64,000 nucleotides of DNA, taken from NCBI GenBank assembly GCA_963662585.1, contig OY759729.1:736001-800000 (forward strand), written 5' to 3'. Below, piece by piece: positions 38,908 to 49,487 of this stretch. Source of the stretch: Candidatus Cloacimonadales bacterium (GTDB lineage Bacteria; Cloacimonadota; Cloacimonadia; Cloacimonadales; JAFGVF01). Both the position numbers and the translations under genes were made by a program. Under the pieces are notes generated by a model. That model was not told the origin of the DNA. It made no database searches and saw nothing but the letters and a program-made list of their open reading frames with translations. Positions within the stretch are counted from its first letter, which is position 1. Each line of letters opens with the position of its first letter.

Positions 38908-40713
38908 TCAGATATTCTCTAATAGATCTTTCAGTTTAGCGATTAGCTCATCATCTTCAATATCAGGGTGCCACTCAGCATAATCATCAATAATTTTAGC
39001 TCCCCTAATATGATCTTTCATCTTGGAATTAATAATCATCCCGATTAAAGTCTTAAATACTCTTTTATACTCTTCTTTTATTGCTACCATTGAGACATCT
39101 ATTTCTAACATGCCTATAATTTCGGTTAAAAGAAGGGATTCATTTCCTTCAATCAGTTCTTTAAGAGCGAAATATTTTAAGAAGAATTTATAAGTTTCGA
39201 GGGCTTTAACTCTATTTTCTTCCGTAAGATAGTTTTTACCTAGCTCAAGAATATCCCGATCTGTGTAGATTTTTTTATTCTTAACTTGAAGCAAAAGGCC
39301 ATAAGCATTTAACATTAATTTAGCTATCTCTGGTCTGAATATTCTAAAATCATTAATCAATCTTTTCGCTTTGTTTCGTTTAAGATATTTATCTTCGTTT
39401 CTGAATATAGCGTAGCTATTATCACTTAGTCCCCAAGCTGGAATAATCTCATTATAGGCAGGTGGGATATCTTTCTGAGTAGCAAATGGATGACTTATTA
39501 ATGAAAAAGGAAACTCAACTCTTTGGGGTAAAGTTGTTACCCCTGTAGCAATTATTGAATAAGCAGCCTTTCTATAATCAGCAGGGAATTTAATATTACA
39601 GCCCAAGCCATAAAAGACACCTTCCCCAGCGAAAAGTTCTTGATCAGGAAGCTTAGAAGTATGGTTAGAACCCACATTAGCACCGTAGCCAACATTACCT
39701 CGTCCTTCCATCCATAATGTGCCTATAACCATTGACTGATGATGGAAGCCTACAAAAGGACCTAAAACTGAGGCTGTTACCTCTCCCTCACCCACAAGAG
39801 TGTTTGGTCCGATAATACTATCTTTTACTTTTCCATGTCTTTCCACTCCTGCATATTCACACAAAAGTGAGTTCTGCACCAGAGCCATGGAAGCTACTTT
39901 AACTCCCCACTGACAGAGAGTATTTTCTAAGATAACTCCATCTAGAATCTTAGTAACTTCTTCTTTTTCTGAAAGAACTGTAGAATTATCAATCTTAATA
40001 GTATTATCAATTAAAGCGTGATAACCAATATAGGAATTATAGATTTTTTTGTTATTAAAGAGTTTAGCATTAGAGGAAATAATTCCAAAAGAAGAGTTAA
40101 TACTTGCCGCGTAATCCTTTACTAGTTCCAGATATTTATTATAAATTCCATCTTCTCTTTCACCAGTTATCAGTTCACCGATATAGTTAATATCTTGTTC
40201 TGCATAAAGGGGAATATCTCTTCCTCCAACTTCTGAACCAACAGATATCATTGTTCCATTACCAAAATTTGTGTTTTTCTCAGCACAAATTAAATCATTT
40301 CCCACGACAATAACATTTTCACTAATATAATATCTACTAATAAGTTTATTATCTTTTATTAGGCAATTAGAATCAATAAAGACATCATTCAAGTTGGAAT
40401 TATAAATCCCATTGGAATGGAAATAATTACCAAAAAGTCTAACTTTTTCTCCAGAGTAATTACTTAAGAAGATTCTCCCAGAAAAATTGTTGTTTCTGAT
40501 AAAGTCTGGAGTAAACTCTGGCTCTACGAATACATTTGACCAATCATCACAAGTATTGCCATGATTCTCTAATTTCGTTATCTCTGTTTTAGATATTGGT
40601 CTGACTATTTTAACTAATTCATTAGTTGAAAGGTTATTTTCTGCTAATTCTTCTACGATATTTGGTAAATAGAATTTATCTCTAAAATTTGCTATTAGTT
40701 TCTGTAAATCCAT
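38908..40713 (-). CDS. DUF4954 family protein (left-handed beta-helix-like)
   Basis: EITKLENHGNTCDDWSNV N-terminus, GPFVGFHHQS, GANVGSNHTS. Confidence 0.7.
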   Translation of the reverse strand: MDLQKLIANFRDKFYLPNIVEELAENNLSTNELVKIVRPISKTEITKLENHGNTCDDWSNVFVEPEFTPDFIRNNNFSGRIFLSNYSGEKVRLFGNYFHSNGIYNSNLNDVFIDSNCLIKDNKLISRYYISENVIVVGNDLICAEKNTNFGNGTMISVGSEVGGRDIPLYAEQDINYIGELITGEREDGIYNKYLELVKDYAASINSSFGIISSNAKLFNNKKIYNSYIGYHALIDNTIKIDNSTVLSEKEEVTKILDGVILENTLCQWGVKVASMALVQNSLLCEYAGVERHGKVKDSIIGPNTLVGEGEVTASVLGPFVGFHHQSMVIGTLWMEGRGNVGYGANVGSNHTSKLPDQELFAGEGVFYGLGCNIKFPADYRKAAYSIIATGVTTLPQRVEFPFSLISHPFATQKDIPPAYNEIIPAWGLSDNSYAIFRNEDKYLKRNKAKRLINDFRIFRPEIAKLMLNAYGLLLQVKNKKIYTDRDILELGKNYLTEENRVKALETYKFFLKYFALKELIEGNESLLLTEIIGMLEIDVSMVAIKEEYKRVFKTLIGMIINSKMKDHIRGAKIIDDYAEWHPDIEDDELIAKLKDLLENI

Positions 40714-40813
40714 AATTCTTCCTGTTTTCTATCAAATTTATTCTCTAAATTAGAATTAAGTTCCAGCTTAAATATGTCAATCACTATTTGCTGAATATTT
40801 ATTATAGTGATAA

Positions 40814-42151
40814 TTAACTTAATATTTTTTCTATCTCTTCTCTCTCTTTATCATAACCTTTTTTACCCATCAAAGCATAAGTAGCAATTTTTCCTTCTTC
40901 CACTCCAGGTTGATCTAAAGGGTCAATTTCTAAGAGTGCTCCGGTAAATACAGTCATTATTTCATAAAGCATTATGAATTCACCCAAATTTTTCTCATTA
41001 ATCTTAGGGAAGGTAATATTACAGTTTGGTCTATCAGATTTTGATAGAGCAATTTCGGTAGCTAATCTTTCAGTATTAAGAAGTTTTGAGAGGTTTTGAC
41101 CACCTAAGTAATTTACTTCATCGCGATCAGGGTAGATAAGAGGAATATTATAATCATGCTTGAAATTATCTACGGTTAAGAAAGTAGTAACTTTATCGTT
41201 AGGTCCTTCTCTATAGAGCTGAACTTGAGAGTGTTGATCAGTGGTACCTAGGGCTTTAACAGGAGTTTGCCCCACAAATACTTCCTCATTATTGAGATTA
41301 TACTTTTTGCCTAGAGATTCAGCCCATAATTGACGATACCAGTCTGCCATATCATAAAGAGAGTTTGCATAAGGCATCATTACTGAGATATTTTTCCCCT
41401 CTTTCATGTAGAGGTAATGAGTTAACCCCATCAAGTAGGCAGGATTTTGCTTAATATCAGGAGTAGCACATAAATCTCTCATAGTCCCGGCACCTGCTAA
41501 TAATTCATCAATATCTATTCCTACAAAGGCAGAGCTGAGCAGTCCCACATCAGTAAGTACAGAAAATCTTCCACCCACATTATCAGGAACTTCAAAATCG
41601 TAATAGCCTTCTTTATTAATTATTTGACGAAGGAATCCTTTCTCTTTATCTGTAGTAACAACAATATGTTTTTTATAATCATTAGGAAAAGCTTCTTTCA
41701 GAATTTGCAGAATAATCAAGAATACTGACATTGTTTCAGCAGTTGTTCCTGATTTTGTCACAACATTAAAGAGTGTTCTTCTTAATTCAATCTGTGATAA
41801 AATATCATAAACAAGGCTAGGATCTACATTGTCTGCGACAAAGAGCTTTTTATTAAGACTTTTTTCAATTCTCAGGGCAGAGTAGAGAGCTTTATTTCCT
41901 AGAGCAGAACCACCAATCCCTAAAACCACTATATTATCAAAATCTTGGTCTATGCTACTGATATAATTATTAATTCTCTCTGTATTTTTTTCAGGTAAGC
42001 TGTAAAATCCTAGAATATCCTCTTCTTTTTGTTTTAATATTGATTGATGAGCTTTATTAATTAACTCTTGATAAACTGTCAAATCACTATTTAAACCAGA
42101 TTTAATTAATTCATTTTTAAACAAATTGGTAAAGTTGAAACTCAAACTCAT
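40814..42151 (-). CDS. pgi: Glucose-6-phosphate isomerase
   Basis: GIGGSALG, TKSGTTAET, VGGRFSVL, QLWAESLGK, DQPGVEEGK. Confidence 0.95.
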   Translation of the reverse strand: MSLSFNFTNLFKNELIKSGLNSDLTVYQELINKAHQSILKQKEEDILGFYSLPEKNTERINNYISSIDQDFDNIVVLGIGGSALGNKALYSALRIEKSLNKKLFVADNVDPSLVYDILSQIELRRTLFNVVTKSGTTAETMSVFLIILQILKEAFPNDYKKHIVVTTDKEKGFLRQIINKEGYYDFEVPDNVGGRFSVLTDVGLLSSAFVGIDIDELLAGAGTMRDLCATPDIKQNPAYLMGLTHYLYMKEGKNISVMMPYANSLYDMADWYRQLWAESLGKKYNLNNEEVFVGQTPVKALGTTDQHSQVQLYREGPNDKVTTFLTVDNFKHDYNIPLIYPDRDEVNYLGGQNLSKLLNTERLATEIALSKSDRPNCNITFPKINEKNLGEFIMLYEIMTVFTGALLEIDPLDQPGVEEGKIATYALMGKKGYDKEREEIEKILS

Positions 42152-43857
42152 GGTGATACCTTCCTTATAATTTTTTCTATACTTTCTGAATCAGTAGTCA
42201 GATCAATATTTTGCAATTCAATAATATCTTCATCTTTTAAATCTAGTACTCTTTTCTTTACATCTAAATAAGCACTCGGAGCAATACTGAAAGTTGTTAT
42301 TCCTAAGGCAATTAAGAGAGGGATATACTTGGGAGTTGAAGCCATAGCTCCACAGACTGAGATGGGGATATTATATTTACTAGCAGAATCTGCTGTCATC
42401 TTAATCAAAGTCAATACTGCTGGATGATGTGGAATATAATAATCAGATAACAGATCATTAGTTCTATCTACAGAAAGAGTATATTGAATGAGATCATTTG
42501 TTCCTATACTAAAAAAGTCCACTTCCTTAGCTAATTGTTCACTACAAATTGCTGCCGAAGGAATCTCTATCATTACCCCAATCTCAATATTCTCATCCAC
42601 TTCATAACCCTTAGTTATTAAGTTACTCATCACTTTTTTAACAAATTTCTTAGCTTTCAAGTAATCTTTAACCCCAATAACCATAGGGAACATAATCTTG
42701 ATTTTTCCATAAATACTAGCCCTAAGAATAGCATTTATCTGAGTTCTAAAGATGTTTGGATGGCTTAGAGAGAAGCGAAGTCCTCTATTTCCTAAGAAAG
42801 GATTTTCCTCTTTAGCGTAAGTAACAATATTGGAGAATTTATCGCCTCCTAAATCAAAGGTTCTAATCACTACCGGCTTGTTACCCATCTTTTCTGCCAT
42901 ATCTTTATAGATTCTAAATTGTTCCTCTTCTGTTGGCAAAGTATCTTTATCCATGAACAAGAACTCAGTTCTGAAAAGTCCAATTCCATCTGGGGATAAA
43001 GTGGCAGTGTGAGTTACTTCCTCAGGAACTTCAATATTTATTTCTAAATTTATTTTCTTATCTAATATTTTATTAGGGGTTATTTCAATAAGGGAAAGCA
43101 AATCTTCTTTATGTCTGTTAAGAATTTGCAATTTTTCCCGATATTGGTTGAGAATTTCAGGTTCAGGATTAATTATTATTTTACCTTCATTCCCATCTAA
43201 GATTATTAAATAATTATTTTCAATCTGGGAAAAGAGGTCGGGAACCCCAACGATACAGGTAAGATCAAAAGAACGAGCAATAATTGCATTATGAGAAGTT
43301 TCAGAACCTTTTTCTAAATAAAACCCTTTTACACCTTCACGAGCTAAATGAATAATCTGACTAGGTGTTGTTGTGTAAAAGAGAGGAATATCATCGCGAT
43401 TGAACCTATTCTGTTTGAATCCTTTACGACCAATCAGGATATTTAGAATTCTATTATTTACATCGGTATAATCAATAGCTTTCTGAGCAAAGAAATCATT
43501 ATCCAAACCTTCAAAATAATTTGCTACTTTAGTGAAATGTTGATGAATTGCATGTTCTAAACCAACCAAATTATCTTGAATTAACCTTATAACTTCTTGC
43601 TTCATTTCAGGGTCTTGTAAAATCATTTTATGTGATTCAAAAATCTCCTGATTAGCTTGATTTACCGAATACTCATCAATAAGATTATCAGTATCTTTCA
43701 CAACCTCATTGATAATTTTCTCAAATCTTTCTATTTCTTTATCTATTTCTTCTTTCTGAATATCTCTTTTTTTTATCTCTAATCTTTTCTGTTTAATTAT
43801 TTTAGCTTTACCAATAGCAATTCCCGGAGCTACTGATAATCCTTTCAAGACAATCAT
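42148..43857 (-). CDS. ptsI: PTS enzyme I
   Basis: TSHNAIIAR, GIGLFRTEFLF, EENPFLGNRG, FSIGTNDLIQY. Confidence 0.95.
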   Translation of the reverse strand: MIVLKGLSVAPGIAIGKAKIIKQKRLEIKKRDIQKEEIDKEIERFEKIINEVVKDTDNLIDEYSVNQANQEIFESHKMILQDPEMKQEVIRLIQDNLVGLEHAIHQHFTKVANYFEGLDNDFFAQKAIDYTDVNNRILNILIGRKGFKQNRFNRDDIPLFYTTTPSQIIHLAREGVKGFYLEKGSETSHNAIIARSFDLTCIVGVPDLFSQIENNYLIILDGNEGKIIINPEPEILNQYREKLQILNRHKEDLLSLIEITPNKILDKKINLEINIEVPEEVTHTATLSPDGIGLFRTEFLFMDKDTLPTEEEQFRIYKDMAEKMGNKPVVIRTFDLGGDKFSNIVTYAKEENPFLGNRGLRFSLSHPNIFRTQINAILRASIYGKIKIMFPMVIGVKDYLKAKKFVKKVMSNLITKGYEVDENIEIGVMIEIPSAAICSEQLAKEVDFFSIGTNDLIQYTLSVDRTNDLLSDYYIPHHPAVLTLIKMTADSASKYNIPISVCGAMASTPKYIPLLIALGITTFSIAPSAYLDVKKRVLDLKDEDIIELQNIDLTTDSESIEKIIRKVSP

Positions 43858-44123
43858 TCAGCTTCCCCAAACCTGTCATTAAATAGTTGTTCAATCTCTT
43901 TTAATAAATAAGCTTCATCAGGACCATCTATTAATAAACTTAGTTCTGATCCACATTCCGCAGCCAGCATCATTACGCCCATAATGCTTTTCCCATTAAC
44001 CTTCATTCCCTCTTTTTCAATATGGAACTCTGAACGATATTTGGTCGCTGCTTTTACTAACATTGCTGATGGTCGGGCATGCAATCCCAACTTATTCTCT
44101 ACTTGTATTGTTTTCTCTATCAT
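43854..44123 (-). CDS. ptsH: Phosphocarrier HPr
   Basis: GLHARP, NGKSIMGVMML. Confidence 0.95.
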   Translation of the reverse strand: MIEKTIQVENKLGLHARPSAMLVKAATKYRSEFHIEKEGMKVNGKSIMGVMMLAAECGSELSLLIDGPDEAYLLKEIEQLFNDRFGEAE

Positions 44124-44138
44124 TTTAAAATCCTTTCA

Positions 44139-45110
44139 TCAGTTATTGTTATTCTGACTGATATTAATCTTACGCAATAATGATTTTCTCTTAATTTCTT
44201 CCTGAATTTTATTGGTATAATCCTCTGCAGCATCATAGCCATAGTTCTTTAAAATAAAGTTCATAGCAGCAACTTCCACAATAACAGAAACATTCTTTCC
44301 TGGTGAAACAGGAAGATAGATTATCGGAATATTAATTCCCAGATGCTCAACAAAGTTATTGATTAAGCCAATCCTTTCATAATCCATATTTTCGCGCCAA
44401 GGCATTAACTCGATTTGCATATCAATTTTCAGATTCTGTCTTACTCTCTGAATTCCAAACATTCTCTCTACATTGACTAAGCCAACACCCCTAATTTCCA
44501 TAAAGTGTCCAAAATCTTTGGCTGGATATCCCCAAAGATTATCATCAATTACCGTTATCTTCACAGTATCATCAGAAACTAAACTGTGTCCCCGATGAAC
44601 TAAATCTAAGGCACATTCACTCTTACCTATTCCGCTTTTACCAGTTAGCATAATTCCTATTCCATACACTTCTATTAAAGTGGCATGAATAGTCATTTCA
44701 GGTGCAAATAGCTTATCTAAGTATTTAGATAAAGCATGATATAGATTTATCGTGGAGAGTCTGGTAGAAAATACTGTTACACTCATCTCATTAGCCAAAT
44801 ATTCCACGATATAAGGTAAAGTAAGACCTTTAGTAACAATCAAGCAAGGAATCCTATAAGTAAACATACTTTTTACTCTTTCATAGATTTCGTCTTCTGT
44901 AAGTGATTGAAGATATCTAATTTCTGTTTCTCCAAACACCTGAATACGATCAGAAGAGAATCTATTTAAGAATCCTGCAAGAGCTAAGCCTGGTCTATTT
45001 ATATGGGGAGAAGTTATGCTATTATTAAGCGTTTTTTCATCCGTAATAAGACTTAAGGCAAATCTATTTTTATTTAATTCAAAAAAATCTTTTAATGTAA
45101 TCTCTTTCAT
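44139..45110 (-). CDS. hprK: HPr(Ser) kinase/phosphorylase
   Basis: GKSGIGKSECALDL, LVSDD, MEIRGVG. Confidence 0.96.
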   Translation of the reverse strand: MKEITLKDFFELNKNRFALSLITDEKTLNNSITSPHINRPGLALAGFLNRFSSDRIQVFGETEIRYLQSLTEDEIYERVKSMFTYRIPCLIVTKGLTLPYIVEYLANEMSVTVFSTRLSTINLYHALSKYLDKLFAPEMTIHATLIEVYGIGIMLTGKSGIGKSECALDLVHRGHSLVSDDTVKITVIDDNLWGYPAKDFGHFMEIRGVGLVNVERMFGIQRVRQNLKIDMQIELMPWRENMDYERIGLINNFVEHLGINIPIIYLPVSPGKNVSVIVEVAAMNFILKNYGYDAAEDYTNKIQEEIKRKSLLRKINISQNNNN

Positions 45111-45131
45111 TAGCTTAGTACCGTAGATAAT

Positions 45132-45158
45132 GAGGGTGCACTTGGGAAGTACACCCTC
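45132..45158 (-). other. Intergenic hairpin between hpf and hprK (weak terminator or mRNA stabiliser)
   Basis: GAGGGTGCACTT-GGG-AAGTACACCCTC; no clear U tract. Confidence 0.5.
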
Positions 45159-45171
45159 TATTGGTTAAAAA

Positions 45172-45711
45172 TTATGGTTGTAAAAGTTTAAAATGAGTTT
45201 CATCTTTTTTAACTAAAACATTGATTCTATCAGTCTCAACATTTTTGAAGATGAAATATTCATTATCTTGTGATTCAAATTGTTCTAACGCTTCATCTAC
45301 TGTAAGAATATCAGGTACAACGCGTTTAGTTTTAACTAATTTGTGTTGTTCTGAAGCTTCGCCCTTTTTATAGAGAGCAGCTCTTGAGTAATATGGGTCA
45401 AAATTTTCTTTTAATCCTTTCTTGTGGTGATCAGTAACTTTATCTTTTAATTTCTTAATTTGGGCTTCCATCTTCTCGATTGTTTCATCAATAGCAATAT
45501 ACATGTCCATAGCCTCGCTATTACTTTGCAATGTAAATTTAGAAGCATGCAAAACGATTTCGCATTGATTCCTACTGGACTCTACCGCTAGGGTAACATG
45601 AATAGTAATAATGTGATCAAAATATCTTTTTAATTTGATCAAACTTTCTTCAACATAGTCTCTTATTGCATTAGTTAATTCGAAATGGCGAGCAGATATT
45701 GTAATATGCAT
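45172..45711 (-). CDS. hpf: Ribosome hibernation promoting factor (long HPF)
   Basis: MHITISARHFELT, DMYIAID, C-terminal LTVDEAL..IFKN domain. Confidence 0.93.
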   Translation of the reverse strand: MHITISARHFELTNAIRDYVEESLIKLKRYFDHIITIHVTLAVESSRNQCEIVLHASKFTLQSNSEAMDMYIAIDETIEKMEAQIKKLKDKVTDHHKKGLKENFDPYYSRAALYKKGEASEQHKLVKTKRVVPDILTVDEALEQFESQDNEYFIFKNVETDRINVLVKKDETHFKLLQP

Positions 45712-45719
45712 AAAGCCTC

Positions 45720-46601
45720 CTACTTGGTTATATATTGTTGTATTCTTTCAGCATGGTAAGAGCTTCTGACCAGTGGTCCGGACTCAACAAAGATGAATCC
45801 TAACTCTTCACCATATCTTCTATATTCTTCAAAAATATCAGGATGAACATACTCTTTTACTGGAATATGCTCACGGCTTGGTTGAAGATACTGTCCGATA
45901 GTAACAACTTGAACTTGATGCTTATAGAGATCATCAAGAAGCTGTTTTACCTCTTCCACTTTCTCTCCTAACCCTACCATAAATCCACTTTTTGTTATAA
46001 TTTCAGGATTTATCTCTTTTACTTTTTCTAACAACTGAAGCGACCTATGATAACTAGCCATTGGTCTGACTTCAGGGTATAATCTTTCAATTGTTTCAAC
46101 ATTGTGATTTAGAACTGTTGGTTTAGCTGCAATAATTGTTTCTAGTGCCTCCCAATTGCCTTCTAAATCAGATATAAGGGTTTCTGTAGTTACTGTAACA
46201 GGACATTTCTCTTTGATTTCTTCCAATACTTTGACAAATTGGGAAGCTCCTCCATCAGGTAAATCATCCCTTGTTACTGTAGTTACTACTATATGTTTTA
46301 ACTTTAATTCTTTAGATAACTCTGCAATATGGACTGGTTCTAAAGGATCAGGGGGAAGCAAAGCCTTGTTTTTTTCTACTGCACAAAATCTGCAATTACG
46401 AGTGCAAACTTCACCCAAAATCATGAATGTAGCTGTTCCGCTATTAAAACATTCACCTTGATTTGGGCATCTTGCCGAATTGCATACAGTATGGAGGTTA
46501 AATTTTGACAAGTATTGCCTTACTATGTTTGCTTGTTCATTGCCTAATCTGTTAGCTTTCAACCATTCAGGTTTTCTAAGTTTATTCATCGACATTACCA
46601 A
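45720..46601 (-). CDS. lipA: Lipoyl synthase
   Basis: TVCNSARCPNQGEC, CTRNCRFC, PLVRSSYHA; exact start (46601/46595/46589) uncertain. Confidence 0.95.
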   Translation of the reverse strand: MVMSMNKLRKPEWLKANRLGNEQANIVRQYLSKFNLHTVCNSARCPNQGECFNSGTATFMILGEVCTRNCRFCAVEKNKALLPPDPLEPVHIAELSKELKLKHIVVTTVTRDDLPDGGASQFVKVLEEIKEKCPVTVTTETLISDLEGNWEALETIIAAKPTVLNHNVETIERLYPEVRPMASYHRSLQLLEKVKEINPEIITKSGFMVGLGEKVEEVKQLLDDLYKHQVQVVTIGQYLQPSREHIPVKEYVHPDIFEEYRRYGEELGFIFVESGPLVRSSYHAERIQQYITK

Positions 46602-46626
46602 CCTCTAATTTATATTTATAGTATAA

Positions 46627-48024
46627 TCAAATTTTATGAACTGACAAAGAAATTGTGTCTTCAATTGACTCCATCACAATTTCAGATAAGGTAGGGTGAG
46701 CAAAGACTATTTTCTCAACATCATGTACTCTAGCATCTTTGCCTATTAAGATGCCACCTTCAGCAATGAGTTCAGAAGCTTGCAATCCGATAATATGCAT
46801 ACCAACTATTTTTTGACTCTTAGCATCAACAATAGTTTTAGCAAAGCCAAAAGTGTTTCCCATGCCCATAGCCTTACCGCTAGCAGTGTAAGGGAACTTT
46901 CCAACTAATATCTCACCATACTTTTCTTTGGCTTGCTCTTCAGTTAAACCTACTGAAGCAACTTCGGGATTAGTGAAAGTACAGCGTGGTACATTTTCAT
47001 AGATTATCGGATCTATATCGTGAGGATTTTCCTCTAATTCACTCTTAATTAACTCTGCCACAAGAAGTCCTTGCTTAGAAGCTGTATGAGCAAGCAACTG
47101 TTTGCCGTTCAAATCACCAATAGCATAAAGATTTTCTACACCTGTGCGCATAAATTCATCAACAACTATTGAAGATTTATTTCTCTCTAGTTGAATATTT
47201 TCAAACTCGATTTCACAGCTAGGAGATCTACCAATGCTAACTAAGACCTGATCTGCTTCGACACTCTTTCCATCAGCTAAAGTTAATTTAACTCCATTAT
47301 CAGTCTCTTCATAACTCTTAACGCCCTTATTCAAGATAAGTTTCATTTTATTTCTTTTAAAAGCCATTCCGATTCTTTTAGAGATTTCTTCATCTTCACC
47401 AGCTAGAAGTCTTGGTAAAAATTCAATAATAGTTACCTCAGTTCCTAATTGCTGGAAAATAGAAGCAAATTCGCAACCAATAACCCCTCCCCCCACTACA
47501 GCAAGGCTTTTAGGTAGTTCTTTTAATTGCAAAATATCTTTAGAGCTAAGAATTTTTTTATGGTCAAACTTCATAAAAGGCAATTCAGTTGGTTTAGAAC
47601 CTGTTGCTAAAATTACAAAATCAGCTGTAACTTCTTCCTTTTCTGAAACAATGTGAAAGATACCATCTTTTTTAATAATTTTAGTTACTAGAGAATTAAT
47701 CAAAGGAAGTTCCAGTTTCTTGAACATAAACTCGATTCCGCCCACTAACTTCTCTACAACTTCATCTTTTCTTTTATATATTTGACTAAAGTCAATTTCA
47801 GGATTATCTAACTTGATTCCAAAATCATGAGCTTCTTTAATTTCTGTAAATAGTTCAGCAGTTTTAACTAAAGTTTTAGTAGGAATACATCCCCAATTAA
47901 GACACACCCCTCCTAATCTCTCTTTCTCAAATACAAGAGTCTCAATATTATATTGTTTTAATCTTAACGCTGTAACATAGCCTCCGGGACCACCACCAAT
48001 AATGGCTACTTTAAAGTGTTTCAT
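46627..48024 (-). CDS. lpdA: Dihydrolipoamide dehydrogenase
   Basis: GGVCLNWGCIPTK, GGGVIG, HPTLSE. Confidence 0.95.
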   Translation of the reverse strand: MKHFKVAIIGGGPGGYVTALRLKQYNIETLVFEKERLGGVCLNWGCIPTKTLVKTAELFTEIKEAHDFGIKLDNPEIDFSQIYKRKDEVVEKLVGGIEFMFKKLELPLINSLVTKIIKKDGIFHIVSEKEEVTADFVILATGSKPTELPFMKFDHKKILSSKDILQLKELPKSLAVVGGGVIGCEFASIFQQLGTEVTIIEFLPRLLAGEDEEISKRIGMAFKRNKMKLILNKGVKSYEETDNGVKLTLADGKSVEADQVLVSIGRSPSCEIEFENIQLERNKSSIVVDEFMRTGVENLYAIGDLNGKQLLAHTASKQGLLVAELIKSELEENPHDIDPIIYENVPRCTFTNPEVASVGLTEEQAKEKYGEILVGKFPYTASGKAMGMGNTFGFAKTIVDAKSQKIVGMHIIGLQASELIAEGGILIGKDARVHDVEKIVFAHPTLSEIVMESIEDTISLSVHKI

Positions 48025-49484
48025 TAACTTCTCCTTAATCTACTGTTTAATATATTTAGTTCATCGCGATATTTAGCAACAATTCGCCTTGATACATTTA
48101 AACCATCATCTTTTAGTAACTTAACAATATCTTGATCAGTTAATGGCTTAGATTTATCTTCAGCTTCTACATACTTCAGAATAAATGTTTTAACTTTTTG
48201 ACGCGAGATAGATTCAAAGTTATTATCAATACCTGCTGTGGAAGTAAAAAACTTCTTTAGCGGATAAATACCAAAGGGAGTATCAGCATATTTATCCTTA
48301 ACTACGCGGGAAATAGTAGATTCACTAACTCCAATATCTTCAGCAATAGAAGAGTAGTTAAGAGGTAAAAGAACCCCTGTCTGATTATAAAAGAAATCAT
48401 ATTGATGTTTAATAATAGAGTTCATTACTCTCTCTAAAGTTCTAACCCTCATATACATAGATTTTATTAAGAACTTAGCAGAGTTTATTTTATCACGGAC
48501 ATAATGCACTGTCTCTTTATCCACACTTGTTGAATTTATTAGCTTTCTATAGCGGGAATTAATAACTAGGTTAGGTGAATATGAGTCATTAACAATAACC
48601 TGGAATTCATCACCTATTTCCTTAACTATCAGATCTGGAGTAATATACTTATCATTGCTATCTAATAATCTTAATCCTGGCTTAGGGTCTAGTTTGGCTA
48701 CTTGGTCCCTTAAAAATGTGATATATTCTAAAGAAACTTGATATTTAGCTGCTAGTTTTTGATATCTTCTATGAATCAAATCTTCAAAATCTGACTCTAA
48801 GATATTTATTAATATTTTATTCTCTTTTTGAGCATCCTCAAGTTGGGAAATTAAGCATTGAGAAATATCGCAAGCTGTTAAACCTTTTGGATCTAAGGAC
48901 ATAATAATTTCATGAATTTCTTCAGCTCTCAAGTATGCTATATCATAAATATCAGCTACTTCTTTAATAAATTCCTGATCTTTCAAGAATCCATATTGAT
49001 CAACAGAATCAATGAGATAGGTAGCAAATTCATACTCATCTTCACTCATTGGATAGGAGTAAAGCTGTAGCAGATATTCTGCCATTTTATCTTCAGGAGC
49101 TTTGAGATATTTTTCATAGAGAGCACTATCATCATCCTCTCTATTATAGGAATAATCCTTATTATTATTAGTCATCTGATGAAATTCATTCCAGGAATCT
49201 AGAATTTCTGTAAGTTCCTGAGCTTCTTCTAAAGTCTTAGAAACCTCATCAATCTCTTCCCCCATCTCTTTTTCATCATTAACTACTTCATCTCTGATAA
49301 TATCATCATCGCTGTCTGAATCATCAATATCTCGCATTTCTAAGAGAGGATTTTTCATTATCTCTTGTTTTAAATGAAGTTCAAGCTCCATCAAAGGAAG
49401 CGTAAGCATCTGCAAAGATTGCAGCATTTTTGGTTTAAGAGCTAACTCTTGTTTCTGCTTTATCGATAAAGTTTGATTTAACAT
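48024..49484 (-). CDS. rpoN: RNA polymerase sigma-54
   Basis: QSLQML region I, SESTISR HTH, RpoN box SRRIVAKYR. Confidence 0.95.
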   Translation of the reverse strand: MLNQTLSIKQKQELALKPKMLQSLQMLTLPLMELELHLKQEIMKNPLLEMRDIDDSDSDDDIIRDEVVNDEKEMGEEIDEVSKTLEEAQELTEILDSWNEFHQMTNNNKDYSYNREDDDSALYEKYLKAPEDKMAEYLLQLYSYPMSEDEYEFATYLIDSVDQYGFLKDQEFIKEVADIYDIAYLRAEEIHEIIMSLDPKGLTACDISQCLISQLEDAQKENKILINILESDFEDLIHRRYQKLAAKYQVSLEYITFLRDQVAKLDPKPGLRLLDSNDKYITPDLIVKEIGDEFQVIVNDSYSPNLVINSRYRKLINSTSVDKETVHYVRDKINSAKFLIKSMYMRVRTLERVMNSIIKHQYDFFYNQTGVLLPLNYSSIAEDIGVSESTISRVVKDKYADTPFGIYPLKKFFTSTAGIDNNFESISRQKVKTFILKYVEAEDKSKPLTDQDIVKLLKDDGLNVSRRIVAKYRDELNILNSRLRRS

Positions 49485-49487
49485 TGT

